A stretch of DNA of 64,000 bases from a virus (lineage: Duplodnaviria; Caudoviricetes), in IMG/VR virus record IMGVR_UViG_3300032007_001727; one strand, 5' to 3'. Below the pieces are notes generated by a model. That model was not told the origin of the DNA. It saw nothing but the letters and a program-made list of their open reading frames with translations, and made no database searches. Each line of letters begins with the position of its first letter. Position 1 is the stretch's first letter. Position numbers and translations under genes: made by a program. Shown here piece after piece: positions 43,940-54,604 of the stretch.

Positions 43940-44051
43940 TTTTATTTTATATCAATCATATTTCCGATTTTCTATTTTTTGGTGAGTACCATCCGTGAGG
44001 AGCGGAAAGCCATTTTATTAACAAGAGTTTTAAATTTAAAATTAAATCAAT

Positions 44052-44525
44052 ATGAAAAAAATAGTTTATTCATTAGTGTTGATGATGTGTGTTATGTCGG
44101 TATTTAATTGTTCGAGCAACAATAGGCCGAAAACCATCATCGGGAGTTGGGAAACCATCAGTGTCAAGGGTGAAGTGAAGGAGTTTGGCGGTGAGTTCGA
44201 GCAAGATTTCACATCACAGCAGATAAACCCCATCTATGAGGAAATGTATCGTTTCAAACTAACCTTTGACGAGAACACTTGCGTAACACTTGTTTCGTCT
44301 GTCAATGGTCAATGGAAGGAAGATTCAGTTGATGTGTACAATTATATCCTCAACAATGGTATGGTGCGCATCTTGGACGTACGCAATAAGATGTTCGGAA
44401 ATGATAATGATGTGCCGCCCTTGGACGAAACGTTTGAGTATGCAATAATAGGTGACGAATTGTTTATGACTTGCTATAACGAGGATGAATATGTCACTTA
44501 CCGGCTGAAACGCATAAAAAATTGA
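44052..44525 (+). CDS. Lipocalin-like lipoprotein
   Basis: Signal peptide with Cys, IIGSWE motif, beta-rich. Confidence 0.6.
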   Translation: MKKIVYSLVLMMCVMSVFNCSSNNRPKTIIGSWETISVKGEVKEFGGEFEQDFTSQQINPIYEEMYRFKLTFDENTCVTLVSSVNGQWKEDSVDVYNYILNNGMVRILDVRNKMFGNDNDVPPLDETFEYAIIGDELFMTCYNEDEYVTYRLKRIKN

Positions 44526-44603
44526 AAAAAGTTGTGATTTTGTTTCGGTAATTCAAAAACTTTGGGTACTTTTGCAATGTCAAAACAAAAAAACGAATAG
44601 AAA

Positions 44604-44717
44604 ATGAGTAAAAGAAGTTTCAAAAGAGCGGTTGCGGCCGCAAAGGTTACGGCCATCCCGTCAAAGAAGAAAGGCAATGGACAAGATGCCATTCAGTTGT
44701 ACAACGTGTACAAATAG
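44604..44717 (+). CDS. 37-aa basic peptide (absent from the ORF track)
   Basis: MSKRSFKRAVAAAKVTAIPSKKKG..., directly after a promoter repeat. Confidence 0.55.
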   Translation: MSKRSFKRAVAAAKVTAIPSKKKGNGQDAIQLYNVYK

Positions 44718-45154
44718 GTAGCAGCACTACCGAATTTACGCTTGTGGACTACCCAACTGCCGAAAGGCGAACCACACGAATGTGTGGGGCTATGGATGAC
44801 AGACTCGGCAATGAGGTACTAAAAAGTAGTGGTAGGTTGAAGCAAGAAGTTAATAATGGATAAACAAATTTGTTCAAGTTTTAACATGCTGTACAAGTAA
44901 CTGATTATTAACCCGTGGAATATGGGGGTGTCCTCCGGAACACGATAGGTCGAGCAAGTTCATCGGTCACCCCCATCCACACAATTCAAGCCATTATGGA
45001 ACGTCCTCCACCCAAGTAAGGAATAATTCAGATAATTTATTTTTATTATTATATGCAAATTTAAAGCCCATAACACAATGAATCCAAGAGCAAGTCCCAT
45101 AAAATAGATTTTAATTCGTCTATACATTATACATTAATTATTTATTCTCTCGCA

Positions 45155-45260
45155 GGGATAAACCCAAACGATGGGTATCACCCTTGACGCAACGAAGTCC
45201 CCGGAGAGTCCGGCTGACATGAACGTCATTGGCGATTGCGGTTCGTTCCGCATTATCCCA
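45155..45260 (+). ncRNA. tRNA-like RNA whose anticodon loop is replaced by a multi-hairpin domain
   Basis: Acceptor GGGATAA/TTATCCC plus A; hairpin ACCCA/TGGGT; T-like arm TGCGG-TTCGTT-CCGCA; internal CCGGA/TCCGG and TGAC/GTCA. Confidence 0.6.
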
Positions 45261-45423
45261 CAATAAAAAAACTGTTTTTCGTAATTTGAGTTGTTTAGGT
45301 TAATTGTAACAGATGTGTTGTGATAACACGTCTGTTATTTTTTGAAAATAATTCTGTTTTTATTTCGTCAATTCAAATTATTTGGGTACTTTTGCATTGT
45401 CAAACAATTAAATAATATAAGTT

Positions 45424-48400
45424 ATGATTGAAAAGAAAGAAAATTTAGTAGAGTTGTCAAAGAAAATCGTAGATTTCAATGAGGCCGTGATTGCCGCTTG
45501 CAAGGCAAAAGGCATCGCAGTACCAAGCGCAGAGGAAATGAGCGACTATATGCACAATTATGGCTTTGATGTCCAAGATTTCATGCAAACCATCCAAGAG
45601 CAAGAGAAGGAGATAACTCCATTCGATGAGTTTAAAAATGAGGTTATGGGCATTTGTTGGAGCGATATGCCCACGGATAAGGAAATGCTTGCCTTCTTCA
45701 ATGAGAACGGCCACAATGTCCGCTTATTCATGATGCAGAGAACCATTCAAGATTTTAATAAGATTGAGAAGGCCATATATGACGCGGTAATTAACAAGTT
45801 TAGCATCGAAGAACTTGTTGGCCTTTGGAACTTCTTTATTGAAGAAAGTGCATTGTATGGGGAAGATTCCAAAATCTATGACCTTAAAAATTCGGATTCC
45901 ATCCCCATCATTGCAAACATGGGAGAAGCAGACGCAAGGAAATTGTTTAACGATGTAATCTGCAAGGGAAAGAGATTCTTCCAATTCATTGTCAGTATTG
46001 ATGTGAAAGAAGAAGATGATATTAAAGGCATCATTACGGCCTTTTGGGAGGAAATATGTGCGAGAATACTCATGTTCCCGATGGAGTATAATAATAATGT
46101 TGCTCCAAGTTCCTGCCTATTTATGGAAGTTGTGTGGCCGATAATTACCAAAGAGGCCGGAGTTGTTATTAATTATTTTCAGAATGAATTAAAATACACC
46201 CATTAAATAATTAGATTAGATATGAAATTAAGGGACGAAATAATCGACCACATTGACCGAGGGTTTAGGGATGTGGTGTTTTACAAAAGGGATGCCAAAG
46301 GCATATATGGGATTTTATCGGCAAAGATACATGGAAGTTCAACTTTAACGATGATTCCGAAGATACCAAAGAATATTGTTGTTACGGCAATAGATGAGCG
46401 GCACGACAAGGTTGTCTTTCCATATGAAGATTTGGAAGTAGAAGCGGTTATAACGTGGAACAAGGCACAAAACGGATGGGCGATGAAAGCGATAGAGTGA
46501 CAAGATAAAACTTAATTTATAAAAACCTTCTTGTATGGAATTTTTCTTTCAAGAAGGTTTTTTCTTTGTTTATTTCTTGTTTTTTAAAAATATTTTATAT
46601 ATCTTTGCATTGACAATGTTTAATTGTCGTTCAAGGAATAAAAACCTTTTTAAATTGAGATAAGCAAACGTTGGGGGACGTTTGCTTATTTTTTATTTGA
46701 AAATAATTGTGATTTTATTTCGGTATTTCAAAAACTTTGGGTACTTTTGCAATGTCAAACAAATAAAAACAAATAAAGATTATGGAAAAGATTTGGTTAA
46801 TGACCCAAGAAAGCAAGGTGGATGGGGATATTTTCTTTAATGTCATTCCTTGCGCAACGGAAGAGGCCGCAAAGGCTGAAATGGAGAAGGAGATTCGCAC
46901 CTTGATGAATAAGAGTCCTTATATCGAATATACGAATAGGTCTCTCGATTTTATCCGTGAAGAAACTGAAACCTCATACTACATTGAGGACACTTGCGAT
47001 GCTTATTATGAGTACATTAGGATAGAGAAAAAGGAAATAGTAAAGTAATAATAAGATTATGAGCACACCTTGTAAAATTATCATGAAAGTTCCCGAAGAA
47101 TACAAGGGAACGACCATTAAGTTCAATAAATCAGCCCTTCCTATTGAATTGAAGGAATGGTACGAGAAGGACGAAAAGACAAATGAGGTTTGGTTAGACC
47201 AAAGATGTAAGGAAAAATCACGGCCAATAAAGATTAAGGGTGATTACATTGGCATATATTGCCATTGGGATGGCGATAAAATCGGCAAGGTATTGAAGGA
47301 ACTATTCACCGACAAGAAAGCCGTATTGAACCTTATTGCCGGTGGTTTCTGCTCATTTATATGGTATGATGGTGTTAAACGCTATGCCAATAGGAATTGC
47401 GAAATGTGGAAGGACATAAAGCCAATACAAGGCTCTCGTAAAAAGGTAGAAGAGAGCATCTACGGACTCTATGAGTATGTATTTGTCAATACTTGGACTA
47501 AAAGGAAACTATGAAAAAATAACTTGATTTTTATTTCAGTATTTCAATTTTTTCCGGTACTTTTGCAATGTCAAACAATTTAAAGCAAATAAGATTATGG
47601 GTAAACATGTTCATGTAGCAGTAAAGTATGAGGTAAGTTATGATTCCTCATGTGGTTTTAATTGGCACAATGTGGAGTTTAAGGAATTACTCCAAGCCTT
47701 GAATGTCAGCACATACGATGCAGATGGAGAATTAACTGACGGATTTTCCGACACATGGGAATGTCATTCGGATGAGTACAACGAGGCATTGACTTTCTTG
47801 AAGGAGCATAAGGAGGACATACGCAGCCTTGATGAGGATGGTGATAAGCCGGAGTGTAACGGCTACGATGTCGAGTGTGAGGACATCTATGAAGCAATAA
47901 TTGGCCTTGAATGCGGCAATGGCTTTGAGGATTCATACGAAGAAGTTGTTAAGATGATGGAACTATTCCAAAAACAAGCGGCAACATCGGACGGATATAT
48001 GCACTTTTGTGCCTTCTGAAATAATGGTTGGGGTGAGGATTTTTATCTTCACCTCAACTTTTTTTGTTTTTATTTAAAAATAATTTGATTTTTATTTCGG
48101 TATCTCAAAGTTTCTTGGTACTTTTGTATCGTCAAACAATTTAAAATAAATAAGATTATGAAGAAAGCAATCGAATTAATGAATCAGATGATTCCTATGA
48201 AGAAGGAAGTAAAAAAGACTTGTATCGCATACCTAAAGAGGGTGTTGGAGAAGTGCAATAACAATTACTTGTCCTTCTATGACGAGGATGGTGAGGCATA
48301 TGGCAACAGATACGTTTCCGTCACCTATGACGGGGGAAACCATCCGGAGTATGAAAGCAATGCCTTCAGTACCGTAAAGGGTGTTTTCATTGACAAATAC

Positions 48401-51400
48401 GGGGACATCTGCCTTGACACAGAGGATGATGATGCCTATGCCATTGAGAACATCAACCTTGAAGAACTCTATGACATCGCGGAGTATGTGTATGCAGACG
48501 TGGAAGAAACAATAAACCAATAATTTAGAAGAACGTTAAATTGAGGTGGGGATTTTATCTTCACCTCTTTTTTTATTTTTAATTGAAAATAATTACATTT
48601 CTATTTCGTCAATTCAAAACTTTTGGGTACTTTTGCAATATCAAACAATTTAAAACAATAAATATTATGACCTATTCACTTATAATTGAACAATATTGCG
48701 CTGATGCCAAGTATGTCAATGACATAAAGACTTGGAAGGAAGTAACCGATTTCTTGAAGAATCAGTTATCACAACTAACAACTTGTGTTCACATCTTCAA
48801 GTTTTCAAGCAACAGCAAGACCCTCGGCTCGAAGGTTGTGACAATGGGCAACCTCTTTGATGTGTGCAATTCTCTTACGGACAAGATATTGTTATAAATC
48901 AAAAACAAAATAAGACTATGGCACATTATAAAGAAGAAGTTAGATTTTCTACAAAGTTCAAGAGATTCAATGTTTTCACAACAAGTGGGGAAAACGTAGT
49001 AGTGAAAAGTGACAAGCCAATGACATTGGATGAGGCAATGTATGAGTATAAGGCACTTGCCATTGGCGGAATAGATTAAATAAACTAAAAACAAAATAAG
49101 ATTATGAGAAGATTAGCGATTATTGACCATGACACCCATACATTGTATGTGGACGATGTGGATGAGAAGGAGTTAGAGGAATATTATGATGGTGATGAAC
49201 AAGCCTACATCGAGGATAATTATGCCCTTCTTAATAATTACTCATGGGATTGGGTTACAGATGGCATCTATTACAAGAAGATGTACGAAACTGGAATCGA
49301 CATCGATTTTGACAAGTTAATAGAAGAATAAACAATTATTAAATAAAAAGTAAACAAATGAACAAAGAATTATTAACGGTCGAGTTTCGTTATCACGTCA
49401 TTCCAAAATCAGAATATGATTCCGACTTTGAGTCAAAAGAAGTTACGATTGGAGTGTATGAAACGCTCGATGAGGCTATAAAAGAAGGAAACAATGTCCT
49501 TAAAAAATTATCTTCAAGATTTAAGTTTCGTGAATCATTTGGCACTCATAATGGCGTGTTTGGTTCTCCCACACGACTTGTTTGTGACTGCTTCAATGGC
49601 TATCCGCAAGTGTTCTGCAAAATAACGCAACTAAAATATGACAATATAAATAATGTTGCGAACGTGGCTTTTGACAATGAGGAAAAATATCGTAAATGGT
49701 GTGTATAAGTTAAAAACAAAATTATGATTGCAAGAATTACATTCCGAAGCGAAGTTTACGTTGAAGGCGATAATATCGAAGATATTGCAAGGAAATGGGA
49801 AGGTATGGAACTTTACTCCGCTGAAGCAAACAAGGGAATGGTATCACTATCCCCGGCCGAGTTTGTTGAACTTGACAAAGTAGAAGATGAAAATTATAAC
49901 GACATCACAGATGAATTTAAGAGAAAATAAGTGGTGGGGGAGAAATCCTCCACCTTTTTATTTAAAATAATTTGATTTTTATTTCGTCATTTCAAAACTT
50001 TTGGGTACTTTTGCAATGTCAAACAAATAAAAACAATAAGATTATGGAAGAAATAATTAAACTTCAAGAAGAAATTGACAAGAAGCAATGTAAGGTTAGA
50101 AAAGGCTGTATTGAATACCTTAAAAGAGCCACCGAAAAAGTTGGTGGAACAATCTGCATGGATGATGAGGAAGACGTAGTTATGGTAGCCTATGATGGTG
50201 GACGTCACCCGGAATATGACAGCAATTTGTATTCAGCGGTAGAAAGCGTTTTTCTCAAAGATGGTAAACTCTACCTTAGCATAGAGGACTGCGATGAGTA
50301 TGAGATTGACCGCGTAAGTAGCGATGAAGTCTATGCCGTTGCCTTGTTCGTTTACGGCATGCTTAACGAAAATGCCTAATAGAAATACTTTTGCAATGTC
50401 AAACAAATAAAGATTATGAAAACAAAAAATGATTCAAGGACAAAGAGAAGGGTTGTCGAAACCTACAAGGGATTTGACATCATAAAGGTAATTGTTGAGT
50501 ATTTTCATAAATCCTTCTACGGCTATGAGTATGATGATGATTGGGTAGATAGAAGGACTGTTTACTTTGACTTCTGCAAGGAAGGAGAGGGCAAGAAGTC
50601 AAGCCAAGCATATTCGGTATATGCAAAGAACATTTCAGATTGCAAGGAATGTATTGACAAGTTCATCGAGGATGATTCCTTGTACTTCACAGATGAGGAA
50701 GTAAGGAAGTATGTAACAAAGCCGAACCATGATTGCGGTTGGGCTTATGGGTACGACTCATTGATGAAACTCATGAAGCAGCACCAAAAGGCTGATAAGC
50801 GAATGAAACGGCTTATTGAGGATAGGCTATCCGATGCTAACTTTCATTCCGAGGCTGGTTTCCTCTCGCAAGAAGATTATGTAGGTTTCACTGATTTGGT
50901 AAGAAAAACCTACAAGTTCTGTGAGAAGTTTGAAATCTATACTGAAACAATGGGAAAGAGGATTGACAATCCCAAAGGGCTTGAAGAAGGCTTGAAGATG
51001 GTTATCAATGACTTTCTTAAAAAACGAGGCATAGAAGATACGGACGTTAAGGTCAATTTTGTGGAAAATTGGTGAGTGGAGCAATCCACCACCATTTTTT
51101 TTTTTGAAAATAATTCTATTTTTATTTCGTCAATTCAAAAAGTTTTGGTACTTTTACATTGTCAAACAAATAAAAACAAATAAAGATTATGAAAAGAACA
51201 ACTAACATTAGGATTGAATCATTCGACCTATCACGAGAGCAGCATGATATGGCGGTTGAAATGGTCGTGAATGACAAGCGCAAGGTAGCCTCTTACACCT
51301 TGGAAGAGGTGGATGGCGAAATGGCTAATGTATGGATTTCCGAAGCCCATTCCGAGGGCAATACAGATTATGCGGAGTTCCTTCGCAAAGCCATTGCTGA

Positions 51401-53234
51401 GAACGCAGAACTTTACACCCTCACAGACCATTTAGGTGGGTTTGCACAGCCTATCGGTGAGGTGGCAGCATTTCAGAAGCAGTATTTCACAATTGATATT
51501 TAATGGCATATGTTTACTCTATTCACATTACTTTTAATCATTTATTGGTTATCCATATCGATAATTGAAGACGGTTTTGAATACACTTGCAAGGAGTATC
51601 TTAAAGGGTTAATTATGATGCTATTGTTTGCTATGGCCGTTGATGGGTTCTTCATAGTAATATCACATCTGTTATAATCATGGAAAAGAAAGCATTTTAT
51701 AATAAGTTGTCCGGCACTCGCTATGAGATAGTGGATAGCGCATGGATAGACAAAGATACATTCGTCATTGTCTTTCAAGATATGAAAGACATAGATGGTG
51801 ACACGTTCCATTTCGAGGCTGAATACCATAAGGACGAACAAAAGGTGACATTCTGCTTGGTATATGAGAATCAAGTGTTAAGCGGAGAGGACTGCATCCC
51901 AACCTCAATAAAGAGAGAGATTGAGGAATATATGCTAAAGCAATTAGATGTGGTCAAGGGGATGCTTATAAAGCATAATATTACGCTTGAATTGTCGCTT
52001 GACATTGACGAAAACTTGACAATGGATGAATTAAGGGCATATCTTAATACCTTGGACATAGATGTGAAGGGTTATGGTGACAAAGTGAATTGCATAGGAG
52101 TTAAACGAATAAATTAGGCGGATTTTATGATGATTGAAGCAAAAATAATTCTGTTTTTGTTTCGGTAATCCAAAAAGTTTGGGTACTTTTGCATTGTCAA
52201 ACAATTTAAAAACAAATAAAGATTATGGAATACAAAGACATTGCACCCGTTGTTAAACATGATTATGCAAAGCCATATAGGGTCAAGTACGCAAACGGAA
52301 AGACAGCCATTGTGCGCCTTTGGCTTGCATCTAACGGATTGGTAGCCAAGTTGGCTAAAGGGAGAAAGGTACACGGCTATGTGCTTGGTTATTACGACTA
52401 CAAGGATTGGGTGTCGTTGAAGGCAGTGGAGAAGAAGCCGACAAGCACGTTCACCCTCATGAAGAAAAGGGCAACAGATGCCTTGAAGTATCTCACACAG
52501 AGCGGAATGTGGCCTTCAATTAAGAAGGAGATAGAACATTTCCTTTCCGATGATGCCATCATACAAGCCGTAGCCGATGCCATTGACAAGGATTCATACG
52601 AGTCTTTCTACAAGGAATGCTACGAGAACGGGAAATTCCCATGGTGTCACACCACACAAGTGTTCGAATCCTTTGCCGCCAAAAGATGTTGGCAGTCTAT
52701 CCCATATCAAAGGTGGGAAAGGGAAAGGATGAACCAAAGAATAAGTAATGCCATTGAGGATAGGCAAGACTTCAGTTACCGTTGGACTAACGGCTATGAC
52801 AATACAATAGAGATTAGCGGTGGCGAAGAACTAAGGGGATGGCTATCATGTGAATACAGAGGCTGCGGAAACGGACATTACTACCTTCTATTTGATGCTA
52901 CCCATGCCATCTTCTACGAGGACGATTGAAAAGTAATTAAAAATAGATTAATAATAAAAAGATGAACAAAGATATTGAAAGAATAAAGGGTATTGTGCTC
53001 TCGAAAGGGAGCACAGACCCAAAAGGCGGCAGGGTGCTCAAACTAGAGGCCGGAAAGGTTACGGTACTATCGAGGGCCAAAGAAAGACTTTATCCCGTGG
53101 CCCTGCGCGTATACCAAGAAGAATTGCAAGTGGTTTTCGTTAATAAGAGAAAGAGATTCTTTTCCTATCCATTGCTATCACTGCAAAGTGATGCTCCTAA
53201 GTTATTCGAAAAGGTCATATCCGTCTTTTGTTAA
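45424..53234 (+). CDS. Run of small early genes: 45424-46206, 46222-46500, 46782-47048, 47059-47514, 47597-48019, 48158-48523, 48667-48897, 48918-49079, 49104-49331, 49358-49708, 49724-49930, 50044-50379, 50416-51075, 51189-51503, 51680-52117, 52225-52929, 52962-53234
   Basis: Promoter repeats and A-rich leaders. 48158 and 50044 are paralogues (YDGG.HPEY.SN). 47059 has a GIYCHWDG motif. Confidence 0.7.
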
Positions 53235-53392
53235 CAAATGTTAAAATGTTGGCAAATATTTTGGATTGTCAAATATTTTATATATCTTTGCAATGTCTTG
53301 AAAAGGACGATAAAACATAATTAAAGAACTCGGTTGCGGTGGACAACACGCCAAACTATAGTTAAGAGTTAGGGCATTTAAAAACCACCTTT

Positions 53393-53517
53393 TGGGAAGT
53401 ACTAGAGGAGAACCATCTTGCAATCCTGCAAGGGTGGATGTAGACAAATAGGTATCAAGTTTGTGCTTGATATGTCGCCTACGGGCGGCTTCGGCGGTGC
53501 AAATCCGTCCTTCCCAA
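53393..53517 (+). ncRNA. Expanded cloverleaf tRNA-like RNA, copy 1
   Basis: TGGGAAG/CTTCCCA acceptor, U8A9, D stem CTA/TAG, long variable arm, T arm GGCGG-TGCAAAT-CCGTC. Confidence 0.8.
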
Positions 53518-53574
53518 CAAATTTCTTGCGGTGGACAAGGACGGAATTAATCCGAAAAAAAACCACCTATCTTT

Positions 53575-53690
53575 TGGAAGATACCGGAGGAGAACTATCC
53601 GCAAGGGTAGATGTAGACAAACGGGTATCAAGTATGTGCTTGATATGTCGCTTACGAGCGGCTTCGGCGGTGCAAATCCGCCTCTTCCAA
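53575..53690 (+). ncRNA. Expanded cloverleaf tRNA-like RNA, copy 2
   Basis: TGGAAGA/TCTTCCA acceptor, D stem CCG/CGG, compensatory changes relative to copy 1. Confidence 0.8.
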
Positions 53691-53708
53691 CACTTTTGTT
53701 TGACGCGA

Positions 53709-53756
53709 TGAGGGTTCGGCTTTTCTAAATCTTTACGGCCGAACCCTCTATTTTTA
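53709..53756 (+). terminator. Intrinsic terminator
   Basis: GAGGGTTCGGC / GCCGAACCCTC stem followed by a T tract. Confidence 0.7.
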
Positions 53757-53864
53757 TTCAACCCCAATTGAAACATATATCACACCATAAAAAAGAAGTG
53801 TGTCATAAAACACACTTCTTTCGCTTTCTGACGGCCTTTAACCATTGGGGCAATACTTTCCCGG

Positions 53865-54062
53865 TCACTTAATTCCAAGCCTCTTACATAACGCTTCAAG
53901 CATTCTATCCTTGATGCTTGCCACCTTCCAATTCTTTTCGTCCTTTCCGATTAAGATGTCTTTGACAATGAAGGACTTTAATTCTTGTTTTGTTTTAAAC
54001 CCGCATTTGCGGCAGAACGAAGCACATTCCTCAATGAACTTGTTAAACTTCTCGTCATCCAT
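53865..54062 (-). CDS. Hypothetical protein
   Basis: Divergent promoter TATATTTG upstream. Confidence 0.55.
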   Translation of the reverse strand: MDDEKFNKFIEECASFCRKCGFKTKQELKSFIVKDILIGKDEKNWKVASIKDRMLEALCKRLGIK

Positions 54063-54167
54063 ACACAGAAAAATATTTTTGGTTACACAATGCAAATATA
54101 TCAAAAATATTTCGGTATTCCAAACTTTTGGGGTACTTTTGTGATGTCAAATAAAATAATAACGATT

Positions 54168-54401
54168 ATGGCAATAGATATTTCGAAACTACCATTGACT
54201 CAGTTAAGGAGTTTAAGGAATTGCTGCTATAACTTGGTTATACGCAATCTAAGACAATGTCCGGAGGGCGATGAGAAATATAGGAAGATAAGAATACTCT
54301 TGTCACAATTCTATCTTGGTATCGTTGCACAGAATGAGTTGCTTCAAGAATGTGTCGAACTCGGATGGATTAATGAAAAAAACATCACCCATTTCTTGTG
54401 A
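54168..54401 (+). CDS. Hypothetical early protein
   Basis: Follows a promoter repeat. Confidence 0.6.
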   Translation: MAIDISKLPLTQLRSLRNCCYNLVIRNLRQCPEGDEKYRKIRILLSQFYLGIVAQNELLQECVELGWINEKNITHFL

Positions 54402-54438
54402 TTAAAGAATATTTTATATATCTTTGCATTGTGACAAT

Positions 54439-54512
54439 CGGGGTGTAGCGCAGTTGGTTAGCGTGCTTGTTTTGGGAACAAGTGGTCGTGTGTTCGAGTC
54501 ACACTACCCCGA
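54439..54512 (+). tRNA. tRNA-Pro(TGG), CCA not encoded
   Basis: CGGGGTG acceptor start, anticodon arm CTTGT-TT TGG GA-ACAAG, T loop TTCGAGT. Confidence 0.93.
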
Positions 54513-54604
54513 CATCTGCTTGAATCTATACTTGTATTTTCTACTACCAAATTCCAACCGGCTGTGAAGTTAGTTGGAATTTTATTTTACCCATTTCCCA
54601 TATA

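Noticed and set aside
44718-44836. Hammerhead or HDV-like (theta) ribozyme
   Set aside because: GCCGAAAGGCGAA is suggestive, but there is no CUGAUGA core and the P1/P3 topology of HDV cannot be fitted.
53393-53690. tmRNA or tRNA-Sec
   Set aside because: No G3-U70 pair or tag reading frame, too short for tmRNA, and no UCA anticodon.
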